NCBI RefSeq assembly: GCF_009914755.1
Contig: NC_060942.1
Reading direction: 5' to 3' (one strand)
Source: the human T2T-CHM13v2.0 reference genome, Homo sapiens
DNA: 64,000 nucleotides
Shown here: positions 21,071-53,199 of the stretch, piece after piece
Numbering within the stretch: the stretch's first letter is position 1
Layout: each line of letters begins with the position of its first letter
Translations under genes and position numbers: made by a program
Notes under the pieces: model-generated
The model's database searches: none
Seen by the model: the letters and a program-made list of their open reading frames with translations, nothing else
What the model was told of the DNA's origin: nothing

Positions 21071-24000
21071 AGCTGGGCGCGGTGGCTCACATCTATAATC
21101 CCAGCATTTTGGGATGCCGAGGCAGGTGGATCACTTGAGGTCAGGAGTTCGAGACCAGCCTGAGCAATGTGGCGAAACCCTGTCTCTACTAAAAATACAA
21201 AAATTAGCCCAGGCATAGTGGCGGACGCCTATAATCCCAGCTACTCCGGAGGCTGAGGCAGGAGAATCATTTGAACCCGGGAGGTGGAGGTTGCGGTGAG
21301 CCAAGATCATGACACAGCATTTCGGCCTGGGAGACAGAGCCAGACCCTGTCTCCAAAATAATAATAATAAATTAATTAAAATAAAATAATATCTTTTTGA
21401 CCTGGTGCTGGTTGCATAGGTATGGTCAGTTTGTGACAGTCCAGTGAGTTGTATGTTCAGGATACATGTATTCTTCTGAATGTGCATGTACTTCAGTTAA
21501 AGGTTTCCAGAAATAAACCTTTGGGTGAGGAGCAGAGCGCACTTCATCCTGAAGGCATAGGTGTGCTTTTGGGCCACCAGTAAACGGAGGTCATCCCACC
21601 TGTCATCCCACCCGGGGCCTCCTGTGCTTGGACGGAGATAAACAACATCCCTGCCCTCATTTCTGTTGCCTTCCTTCCCCCAATCGTGGAGTCTTCCCAG
21701 GAGCACAAACTCAGTGCATTCCTACTATCTAATTCCCCTATGAAGCTGGCAAAGGCTGGAATGTTATTTAGATTTTGACGGAAAATCATTCATAGCAATT
21801 CAGTTACTCAACACCTACTGAGCCCCAGATTCCTGCCTTTTAGTACAAACACTTTGTTCTCTGTTAAAAGCATTCCATGCTATATAGCACTGGCCATGCT
21901 GTGTCCCCTCTCTCTTCCTGCCACCCCCAGCACAAGGCTCTACCAAAAACTCGAAGACAACAAGCTAAATGTGGTTTGGTATGTAGAATCTTATTACTTG
22001 CTGTGATTGCACTGCTTAACATGAAGCATCATATTGACTTGGGATGTTATGAGAGGTACTAAAGGAAATTTACTTTGTCAGTTTTCCAGCTCTAACCCCA
22101 TAAACTCTGGCTTCTAATAGAGTGTGGTGGTTGGTAAATGAATCTGGAAGAACAATCAATGAGACATATAAGGATTTTTAAAGGAGAGGGGAATATAATT
22201 GCAACCTAGGTGAAGAGTTTCAAGATTTAGGTAGGTGCCCATTCACATAATAGGCTAGACTATATGATTTAAACAATTGGTTGGGGATAATCACATACAG
22301 TACGGCACATTAAAATTGGTAAGAAGATAGGGCTGGGCATGGTGGCTAATGCCTGTAATTCCAGCACTTTGGGAGGCCGAGGTGGGTGGATCACAAGGTC
22401 AGGAGTTTGAGACCAGCCTGACCAACATGGTAAAACCCCGTCTATACTAAAAATACAAAAATTAGCCAGGCTTGGTGGCGCATACCTGTAATCCCAGCTA
22501 CTCAGGAGGCTAAGGCAGGAGAGCTTGAACCCAGGAGGCAGAGGTTGCAGTGAGCCGAGATCGCGCCACCGCACTCCAGCCTGGGTAACAGCGAGACTCC
22601 GTCTCAGAGAAGAGAGAGGCTAATAGCTCAGAAAAGGGAGGGAAATATATTGAAAATCTTAGTGCAGGACAAGAGTGTTTTAAACAAAAAAGTTCTTGGT
22701 AAAGATGAAGGTAAATTAGATACATGAAAACAAACTCATGGTATTTACTAAAGTGGTCTACAATCTGTATTACCTCTTCAGGGCCCCTTGGCTGCTTTCA
22801 CTCATGGACTGCTTGTGTTTCTTGGGAGAGGAAAAATTAAAATTGGTGTGACATAACTTGCTTGTAGTAAAAAATACAGGCTATTTCAAGACTACCAAGA
22901 AGCCAGCTCACATCAGCTACATCTCAACAATAGAAAATAATCATTCTGAAAAAAAGGCCCCGCCAGCAGGGTGGCTCATGCCTGTAATCCCAGCACTTTG
23001 GAAGCCAAGGTGGGAGGATCACTTGAGCCCAGGAGTTTGAGACCAGCCTGGGCAACATAGCTAGACCCCCGTCACTGCAAAAATTAAATAATTACCTGGG
23101 CGTGGTGGTGTGCACCTGTAGTCCCAGCTACTCAGAAGGCTGACCTGGAAGGATCTCTGAGCTGGGGAGGTTGAGGCTGCAGTGAGCCAAGGTCATTCCA
23201 CCAAACTCCAGCTCCAGCCTGGACAACAGAGTGAGACCTTGTTTAAAAAAAAAAAAAATCTAAGGCAAAGAAGCAGGTCACTTCTCTTCCAATTATAAGA
23301 TCCAAGACTTAGACCTGGTCTCTATCTTATGCCTGGTACCCCAGACTAGAAGGGCTGAGGTGTGCAATCTATCCCCTGGGCTAAATGAATACTCTTTTTT
23401 TTAAGGCACAGGATCTTGCTCTGTGGCCCAGACTGGAGTGCAATGGCATGTAGCCTCAAATTCCTGGGCTCAAGCGATCCTTCCATCTCGGCCTCGCAAG
23501 TAGCTGAGACCACAGGCGCGTGCTATCACACCAAGCTAAGTTTTTTATTTTTTAATTTTTTGTACAGACAGGGTCTTGCTATGTTGCCAGGTCTGGTCTT
23601 GAACTCCTAGGCCCAAGTGATTCTCTTGTCTCGGCCTTCCAAAGTGCTGGGATTATAGGCATGAGCCACTGTGCCTGGCCAGGGCTTGGGAATTTTAGTA
23701 GGGGAAACAGATGTGTTAGTCAATAAATGAGAAGCGTTTCCGGTGCTTTCATAGTTACCTGAGCAGGTGCAGCAGAACCCAAGGGAGGTGAATACTGCCA
23801 GATCTAGAGAGACAGGAAAGAGGCTTCCTTCAGAGAGGGAGGCGGGAGGGCTGGGGAGCAGGCCAGGTCAGGAGGGGCTGCATCAGCCACCCCAAGGAGT
23901 CCAGACATTGTCCTATGTGTGTGGGCAGGGGTCGTGTGCTGGTTATTTTATTTATTTATTTATTATTATTTTTTTGAGACACAGTCTCGCTTTGTTGCCC

Positions 24001-24257
24001 AGGCTGGAGTGCAGTGGCGCAATCTCAGCTCACTACAACTCTGCCTCCCGGGTTCAAGCAATTCTCCTGCTTCAACCTCCCAAGTAGCTGGGATTACAGG
24101 CACGTGCCACCATGTCCGGCTAATTTTTTTATATTTTTAGTAGAGACGGGGTTTCACTGTGTTAGCCAGGATGGTCTCGATCTTCTGACCTCATGATCCA
24201 GCTTGCCTCCGCCTCCCAGAGTGCTGGGATTACAGGCTTGAGCCACCGTGCCCAGCC
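21071..24257. mobile_element. Alus (~21071-21385+, 22330-22607+, 22956-23258+, 23395-23680-, 23945-24257-)
   Basis: Canonical Alu sequence. Confidence 0.92.
21701..22950 (+). pseudogene. Candidate decayed exons, chain C (clearest 22090-22230; another starts at ~22782)
   Basis: Strong acceptor ttactttgtcagttttccag and donor TAG|GTAGGT bound a 141-nt symmetric segment; frame ambiguous. Confidence 0.3.
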
Positions 24258-24261
24258 TTGT

Positions 24262-25888
<1,627 letters not shown>

Positions 25889-26164
25889 ATGGGTATGAGG
25901 TCCAAGAAAACAGACTCTCATAGATTAGATCACGGGATTTGTATGGAGGTGTCTTTGGCTTGATCACAGTGCTGACTTCCTTTCTACTAGGAAACTGAAC
26001 ATTAGTAATCTACAGCACATGGCGTCATCACTATCAGTCAAACTGTCACCAGCGGTTCACTGTGATGATACATCTGACGTGCATTGAAAGACCAAGGACC
26101 TGCTGCACTTGACTGTCATGGCAGCAATGATGATGACAGAGCTGTTGGGATGGGGCTTCTGGGC

Positions 26165-29075
<2,911 letters not shown>

Positions 29076-29353
29076 ATATATATATATATATATAAAATAT
29101 ACTTTATATATCTATAAAAGGAAAAAGGTGGTCTCACCTGAGGCACCTCCCCTCACCTCAAAATGGAGGTACCTAGGCTAAGCCTGCAGATGTGTCTAAG
29201 AACCCAGCTTGGGGGTGGTGGTGGGAGGTCGCTTCTGAGTCTTTGACTGCAACTCCCTTGTACAACTGCAATGCACCAGCTATGCAGCAAGGCTAGGACG
29301 GAAGGTGCAGCTCCCCAGCCCTCAGAGACCTGCCAGGTAAATACCTTTGTAAC

Positions 29354-29909
29354 TGTTAGATATAGTGAACTCCAAGTTTCTCTTCAAAGAATCAGTATGT
29401 CAGTATGTTCAGCTCTCTTATTCTTTGATTCTTCATTTTAAAGTTTAACTTCCTGGTTCTCTTCGCCCCCTTGCCTCTAGTTTCAGTAAACAACTTTCCC
29501 GCCAGTTCTAATCAGTAGTTCACATCTGTTCCCCTGGTCACCTGCTTTGACATGAGTCACCCCGGTCACCTGCTCTCACCTGAATCATCCGGAGTAACCA
29601 CCCTTCTTGCTAAACTACCCACCCGGCCACTCTGGCTGTTACCCCTGCTCTCTTTAAAATAGCCAATCAGAATTAGCTTAGACTGTGCTATCCCACCCTC
29701 GCCAACAGGGGAATGACACAGCAGTAGGGGCTACCTACATCAGGAATAAGAACCCCTTCCCCTCCCTTGTCCAGGTGTGCCCTCACCATTGCTTGATTCA
29801 CAAGTCACACTCTTCTGTAGGAGTAAAAATTGCCTTGCTGAGAAAATTAAATTTATGTTTGAGTGCTATTTCTTTGCGGCACTGAGGAACAAGCATTTTG
29901 TTTCTAACA
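29354..29909 (+). mobile_element. LTR10 (LTR10A/F-like) solo LTR
   Basis: TGTTAGATATAGTGAACTCCAAGTTTCTCTTCAAAGAATC...TTTCTAACA; TSD TAAC; internal 28-29 bp repeat containing TGAGTCA. Confidence 0.85.
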
Positions 29910-29994
29910 TAACCACCTACGGTCAGGTCTGAAAAATCACACATAGAATTTGGCCTGGAGCTGGACTCCTCACACTGGAGTGAAAATAGAACAT

Positions 29995-30208
29995 GACTTC
30001 TCAATGGCAGCATTATTAACATTTAGGTCAGATAATTCTTTGTGTGAGAGCCTGTCCTGTGAATTGTGGGGTGTTTAGATGCCTCTCTGGCCTCCAACGA
30101 CTAAACTACTAGATGTTCACTCCCCCCAAGTTGTGACAATGAAAAATGTCTCCAGACATAGCCAAATATTGCTGGGCAGGACAAAATTGCCCTGGTTGAA
30201 AATCATGG
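29995..30208 (-). mobile_element. MER20 (hAT-Charlie)
   Basis: gttgtgacaatgaaaaatgtctccagacatagccaaat...aaaattgccctggttgaaaatca. Confidence 0.8.
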
Positions 30209-30279
30209 AAATAGAGGAATATGCTATTTGCAAATTGCTCAGAATTCTATTTGTGTGAATCTACTTCCGCCTACCTTTT

Positions 30280-30620
30280 TGCATTGCCCTGGGAATGTTT
30301 TCTCTGCCTGAAATAATTTTTCTATCCTTGTCTATTTGTGAAGGCCATTCTTACCCTCATTTCCCTCGTGAAGCCTTCCCAGACCTTGCTCCAGGGAGAG
30401 TCCACCCTGTCTTTTGCACAACTTCTGGACTAAACAAAGGCTTCTGTTGTTTCATATGTCATACTGTATGTCAATGATTCCCTTACATTCTACTTCTCTC
30501 CACACTGCAAGTTCCCTGAAATTTCCCTGAGGACAGGGACTGTGCTTTAAGTCTGTCTGGAGCACATCTGTGAACACACAGCACTTGGTCAGTACATAGT
30601 ACATGGTAAATAGAGTGGGT
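30280..30620 (+). mobile_element. L2 3' fragment
   Basis: ttgccctgggaatgttttctc...gaagccttcccagacc...gaggacagggactgtgc...acacagcacttggtcagtacatagt. Confidence 0.55.
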
Positions 30621-30870
30621 CTAGACCAAAAAGGGGCGAGGACAAAGAACCAAGCACTTCCCAGAAGACTGGAAAAGCAGTAGTCAGAGAAGTGCAAAGA
30701 GTACCAGCAGAGACTGATGTCCCAAAACAAACAAGAGAATTTCAGGGAGAAATAATCCTCCAGGTGAAGTGCTATTGAAAATGCAAGTAGGGGCCAGGTA
30801 CAGTGGCTCACGCTTGTAATCCCAGCACTTTGGGAGACCGAGGCGGGCAGATCACGAGGTCAGGAGTTCA

Positions 30871-31113
<243 letters not shown>

Positions 31114-31407
31114 TCACACCTGTAATCCTAGCCAAATAAAGCTTTTTTATTAGGCAAAGTGTGGGAACTGATATCAGGAGTAGGGCGGAGCACTGAGGGG
31201 ACAGGATGCAGGTCAGCATATCTGGCTGCCATGATTCTCTTGTGTCAAGGGTCCCCTTGTGGCCTGGCCAGCAGCAACAAGATGTAAATCAATTGTTCAG
31301 CATTCCTTCCTGAGGTGGCACACTGGACACCCTGGTTTGATATTTAGGTTTCGTAAGGTAATTTCCTAGAATTTTTCAAGTAAAAGGCATCTTAAACATG
31401 AAGTAGG

Positions 31408-31690
31408 GGCCAGGCACGATGGCTCACACCTGTAATCCCAGCACTTTGGGAGGCTGAGGTAGGTGGATCACCCGAGGTCAGGAATTCAAGACCAGCCTGA
31501 CCAACATGGTAAAACCCCATCTCTACTAAAAACACAAAATTAGCCAAGTGTGGTGGCGCATGCCACTTGGGAGGCTGAGGAAGGGAATCGCTTGAACCCG
31601 GGAGGTGAATGTTGCAGTAAGCCCAGATTGCACCATTGTACTCCAGCCTGGGCAACAAGAGTGAAACTCCATCTCAAAAACAAAACAAAG
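31408..31690 (+). mobile_element. Alu whose A-tail hosts the SVA; its 3' TSD is displaced to 33536-33547
   Basis: TSD aacatgaagtag at 31395-31406 and 33536-33547. Confidence 0.85.
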
Positions 31691-33412
31691 CTCTCTCCTC
31701 TCCCCTCTCCTCTCTCCCCTCTCCCCTCTCCTCTCTCCCCTCTCCCCTCTCCTCTCTCTCACCTCTCACCTCTCCTCTCTCCTCTCCCCTTTCCACGGTC
31801 TCCCTCTCATGCCGAGCCAAAGCTGGACTGTCCTGCTGCCATCTCGGCTCACTGCAACCTCCCTGCCTGATTGTCCTGCCTCAGCCTGCAGAGTGCCTGC
31901 GATTGCAGGCGCGCGCCGCCACGCCTGACTGGTTTTCGTATTTTTTTGGTGGAAACGGGGTTTCGCTGTGTTGGCCGGGCTGGTCTCCAGCTCCTAACCG
32001 CGAGTGATCTGCCAGCCTCGGCCTCCCGATGTGCCGGGATTGCAGATGGAGTCTCGTTAACTCAGTGCTCAATGGTGCCCAGGCTGGAGTGCAGTGGCGT
32101 GATCTCGGCTCACTACAACCTCCACCTCCCAGCCGCCTGCCTTGGCCTCCCAAAGTGCCGAGATTGCAGCCTCTGCCCGGCTGCCACCCCGTCTGGGAAG
32201 TGAGGAGCGTCTCTGCCTGGCCGCCCATCGTCTGGGATGTGAGGAGCCCCTCTGCCTGGCTGCCCAGTCTGGGAAGTGAGGAGCGTCTCTGCCTGGCCGC
32301 CCATCGTCTGGGATGTGAGGAGCCCCTCTGCCTGGCTGCCCAGTCTGGGAAGTGAGGAGCGTCTCTGCCTGGCCGCCATCCCACCTGGGAAGTGAGGAGC
32401 GTCTCTTCCCGGCCGCCATCCCATCTAGGAAGTGAAGAGCGTCTCTGCCCGGCCGCCCATCGTCTGAGATGTGGGGAGCGCCTCTGCCCTGCCACCCCGT
32501 CTGGGATGTGAGGAGCGCCTCGGCCCGGCCGCGACCCCATCTGGGAGGTGAGGAGCGTCTCTGCCTGGCAGCCCCGTCTGAGAAGTGAGGAGACCCTCCG
32601 CCTCGCAACCGCCCCGTCTGAGAAGTGAGGAGCCCCTCCGCCCGGCTGCCACCCCATCTGGGAAGTGAGGAGCGTCTCCGCCCGGCAGCCACCCCGCCCG
32701 GGAGGGAGGTCGGGGTCAGCCCCCGCCAGGCCAGCCGCCCCGTCCGGGAGGGAGGTGAGGGGGTCAGCCCCCCGCCCGGCCAGCCGCCCCATCCGGGAGG
32801 TGAGGGGCGCCTCTGCCCGGCCGCCCCTACTGGGAAGTGAGGAGCCCCTCTGCCTGGCCACCACCCCGTCTGGGAGGTGTACCCAACAGCTCATTGAGAA
32901 CGGGCCATGATGACAATGGCGGTTTTGTGGAATAGAAAAGGGGGCAAGGTGGGGAAAAGATTGAGAAATCGGACGGTTGCTGTGTCTGTGTAGAAAGTAG
33001 TAGACATGGGAGACTTTTCATTTTGTTCTGTACTAAGAAAAATTCTTCTGCCTTGGGATCCTATTGATCTATGACCTTACCCCCAACCCTGTGCTCTCTG
33101 AAACATGTGCTGTGTCCACTCAGGGTTAAATGGATTAAGGGCGGTGCAAGATGTGCTTTGTTAAACAGATGCTTGAAGGCAGCATGCTCGTTAAGAGTCA
33201 TCACCACTCCCTAATCTCAAGTACCCAGGGACACAAACACTCTGCCTAGGAAAACCGGAGACCTTTGGTCACTTGTTTGTCTGCTGACCTTCCCTCCACT
33301 ATTGTCCTATGACCCTGCCAAATCCCCTCTGCGAGAAACACCCAAGAATGATCAATAAAAAAAAAAAAAAAGAAAAAGAAAAAAAAGAGAAAAAAAAAAA
33401 AAGAAAAAGAAA
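31691..33412 (+). mobile_element. Full-length SVA retrotransposon (SVA_D-like)
   Basis: CCCTCT-type hexamers 31691-31790, Alu-like region to ~32180, GC-rich VNTR to ~32880, SINE-R to AATAAA at 33354, poly(A). Confidence 0.97.
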
Positions 33413-33848
33413 TCTAGAACCAATTAGAAAATACGTAAAATATCTTAGTTTTGGAGAGAGAGAACACAATAAAAAGCAGGTGAAGTCTTTCAAAAAAAAC
33501 AAACAAACAAAACAAAACAAAAAGAAAACAAAAACAACATGAAGTAGAAGCCACGTCCCATTCCCATACTATCTCGCTGAGAAGCAGGACTGGTGGCCTT
33601 GACGTTAACACCACTGGCAGCGAAATTGCTGAATGGCAGGGGCCTTAGAGGAGTTAGGGCTCTGGCATGAAGATGGAGCCTGTGAGGGTGGAGAGAGGAG
33701 GGGCCATCACTTCCCTCTGCTCGCCACCCTGCTCCATCCTCACGCATCCCTGGCCCTGGGGATGCTTATGAGTTTCCAGAGACTCTTATGGAGAGAGCTA
33801 GGTTTCATTCCAAGCCAGAAGAGAAAGAGCTTTCCATGAAGAGGATGA

Positions 33849-33902
33849 GTGTGTGTTTGTGTGTGTGTGTGTGTGTGCGTGTGTGCGCGCGCACGCGTGC
33901 AG
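33849..33902. repeat. (GT)n/(GC)n alternating purine-pyrimidine tract
   Basis: Seen directly. Confidence 0.9.
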
Positions 33903-34139
33903 ACGCACCTACACGCCCTGAAGTGGGTGTGTGTCCAGGGGGTTATTATCAGAGGGCCCAGCGACAGAGCCTGGGAAGCTTCTCAGCAATGGGGGTGCCG
34001 CTGGATGAGAATTGGGGATGGGGCTCAGAGCCTGGAAAAAGAAGAGCCTTCTAGCATTTTGCTTTCCGAATTGATTTAAGCTGGATCTATATTTCATTTA
34101 TATCACTCTTTGCACCACCTAAGAAGAATAAATGTACTA

Positions 34140-34504
<365 letters not shown>

Positions 34505-34509
34505 TTAGG

Positions 34510-34772
34510 ATTATATATACATTATGTATATTTATATATTATATATTAAAAATTATAAAAATATACAAAACATTTATATGTAATATATAATATATAAACT
34601 TATATAAAAATATAATATGTATAAAAATATATAGTATATATGTATTATATTATGTATAATGTATATTATGTATTATATATTAATATATTACATATTAATA
34701 TATTATAATATATTAATGTATATTACATATTAATATATTATAATATATTATAATATATATATATATATATAT
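34510..34772. repeat. AT-rich low-complexity/(TA)n tract between tail-to-tail Alus (34166-34482+, 34773-35063-)
   Basis: Seen directly. Confidence 0.9.
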
Positions 34773-35967
34773 TTTTTTTTTGAGACTGAGTCCCGCTCTG
34801 TTGCCCAGGCTGGAGTGTAAATGCATGATCTCGGCTCACCGCAACCTCCGCTTCCCAGGTTTAAGTGATTTTCCTGCCTCAGCCTCCTAAGTAGCTGGGA
34901 TTACAGGCACGTACCACCACACCCAGCTAATTTTTGTATTTTTAGTAGAGACGGGGTTTCACCATGTTGGCCAGGCTGATCTCAAACTCCTGACCTCAGG
35001 GGATCTGACTGCCTCGACCTCCCAAAGTGCTAGGATTACAGGCGTGGGCCACCGCGCCCAACCAAAATTTCAGCATAATATACTAATGTTCCATTCTTCT
35101 GCAACATCCTGAGCCATTAAAAAGGGGACAGTGCGCAGTTTGCCTGATAAATCATGTTTCTAAAACAAGTCTCTATGCCCTTTTCTCCCTCCCAGCAGTC
35201 TCAGGATATTTATTCTTAAATAAATTTAATTTTTGGTGTTCTTAGAAGGCAAGAAAGCTTTGAATCATTTCTGCCACTGCTGTTTTCAGTACTGCATACA
35301 TCTCTCTGTTCCTGCTACAGCCTTCCTTATGGAGAAGCTTGGAATTTGATAAAGAAGGAAAGTTTCTTGGAGCAACCAGGAGTTAGTAATGTCATAGGAT
35401 TATCAGAGCCACAATATTATCAGTCAGAGGATCTTTCAGGCTGCAAAGAGCCTGCAGATCATGATTAGAGGGTGTGGAAGGACTAGACAAGTCCTGGCAG
35501 CACTGACCCTTTATCCCTCCTCTTGCACTGCCCCCCCTCCCCCCACAACATTAAATCCACCCACTGAAAGTCCCATGAGCCTTTGGACAAAGTTTACATT
35601 ATGCCGTTGGAAAATCTGATCCTATTCTGGATCATTGGCTTGCATCCCTTCCTCATTTGCATTTTGTGTGTCAGATCACTGGATCCAAAATAATTTGGTT
35701 GAGAACAAGTTGATCCAAAACAATATTTTTGTTTAAACAACAAATCATTGCTAACTAAATGCATCATCTACTATTTGTATTTTCTTGTATTTCTCATTTG
35801 AATCCTCTTTATTCATTTAAGGCATATTAGGCTCACTCTACTAGTTTGACAATGTCTTTGGTCTTTTAATTTTGCAAAATTGGCTAAAAATAAATGTTTC
35901 CAATCACCTACTTATGTTTGCATAATTTATATGTATGGTGTGGGGGGTGGATACTAATTTTAGATAC

Positions 35968-45600
<9,633 letters not shown>

Positions 45601-46639
45601 TTTTATTTTATTTGTTGAGGCAGAGTCTCGCCCTGTCGCCCAGGCTGGAGTGCAGAGTGCATTGGCTCTATCTCTGCTCATGCAACCTCCACCTCCCGGT
45701 TTCAAGTGATTCTCATACCTCAGCCTCCAGAGTAGCTGCGATTACAGGCGTGCCCGGCTAATCTTTTTTTTTTTTTTTTTTTTGTAGACGGAGTTTCCCT
45801 TTTGTTGCTCAGGCTGGAGTGCAATGGCGTGATCTCAGCTCACTGCACCTCCGCCTCCCAGGTTCAAGCAATTCTCCTGCCTTAGCCACAAAAATACCCG
45901 GGATTACAGGCATGTGCCACCACACCCGGCTAATTTTGTATTTTTAGTAGAGATGGGGTTTCACCATGTTGGTCAAGCTGGTCTTGAACTCTTGACCTCA
46001 GGTGATCCTCCCACCTCGGCCTCCCAAAGTGCTGGGATTACAGGCGTGAACCACTGTGCCTGACCTAATTTTTGTATTTTTAGTAGAGATGAGGTTTCAC
46101 TGTGTTTGCCAGACTGGTTTCGAACTCCTGGCCTCAAGCGATCCACCCACCTCAGCCTCCCAAAGTGCTGGGATCACAGGCGTAAACCATCTTGCAGGCC
46201 TGCATTGAGTGAATTTTAAACCTGAAATGTCTAAAAAATCACTAACACATCTTGAGTTGTCTGGAAGTAAGTAGGTTGAGTTTTCTGCTATCAGGCAGGA
46301 AGGGAGCTGAGAAAAGGAAGTTTGGTTGTGGGTAAATGAAGACAGTTACAGGTTGTACAACTGAGTGTGGATTACAAAATACCATCTGCTAGGCTAGCAT
46401 CGTTAATTTCAACTCAAGTGTTGTGGAGAATTTCAGGTGCATGGGATTAGAGATACTGGAAATTCGGCTAGGCATGGTGGCTCACACCTGTAATCCCAGC
46501 ACTTTGGGAGGCTGAGGTGGCCAATCAGGAGGTCAAGAGATCAAGACCAACCTGGCCAACATGGTGAAACCCCACCTCTACTAAACATACAAAAGATTAG
46601 CTGGGTGTGGTGACGCACACCTGTAGTCTCAGCTACTCA

Positions 46640-46825
<186 letters not shown>

Positions 46826-46828
46826 TCA

Positions 46829-52562
<5,734 letters not shown>

Positions 52563-53199
52563 TGAGCCACCGCACCCGGCCTCTGTCTTAAACATCATAA
52601 AAACATAAGAACCCAAAAAAGATGGAGGGGAGTGCGCCCTTAGCTGCCCCAAACTGGCGTGGTGGGAGGCAGGGCAATTGGTCTAGTTTTCTGAGCCGTA
52701 GGATTAGGGCTCTGGGTGAGGCCAGAGTCCCTAAAGTTGTACCCATATCTGCGTGTTTGTATTTCCTGTTTGTAATTCCTCCTGTTTGTACTTTTTGTCT
52801 CTTATACGGTACACTTAAAGTTTCTCCACAAGGTGTTTCAGCATAAAGTACTCAAAAACTAAAAACGTTTAATTTCATTATTAGGTTAAGTGTGTAAAAA
52901 ATGCCCCATCAAGGTTCTTGTACAAACTCCCATTATTCTCCCAGACTCCGAAGTGGCACTCCAGAATAATTTTACGTGGGTTAGCATCTTTTATAAAACG
53001 GGCAGGCAGAGCGGCTTATGAAATTAACCTTGGAAACCACGCGGCCACTCTTTCGGGAAATGCCTCCTATTTATGTTTACATGGGCCAGCAAGAGAATCC
53101 AAGGTTGGAAAGGTCATTCCTCACTACAGAGGCTCATCGCAATCACAGTTCCGTCTCCAAATTCGAGTTTTGGGTGTGAAGAGTTTATAAAGTCCAGCC

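Noticed and set aside
31881-32894. 337-aa and overlapping ORFs; CRISPR-like periodicity
   Set aside because: These are the SVA VNTR and Alu-like domains. There are no unique spacers or cas genes and the DNA is eukaryotic.
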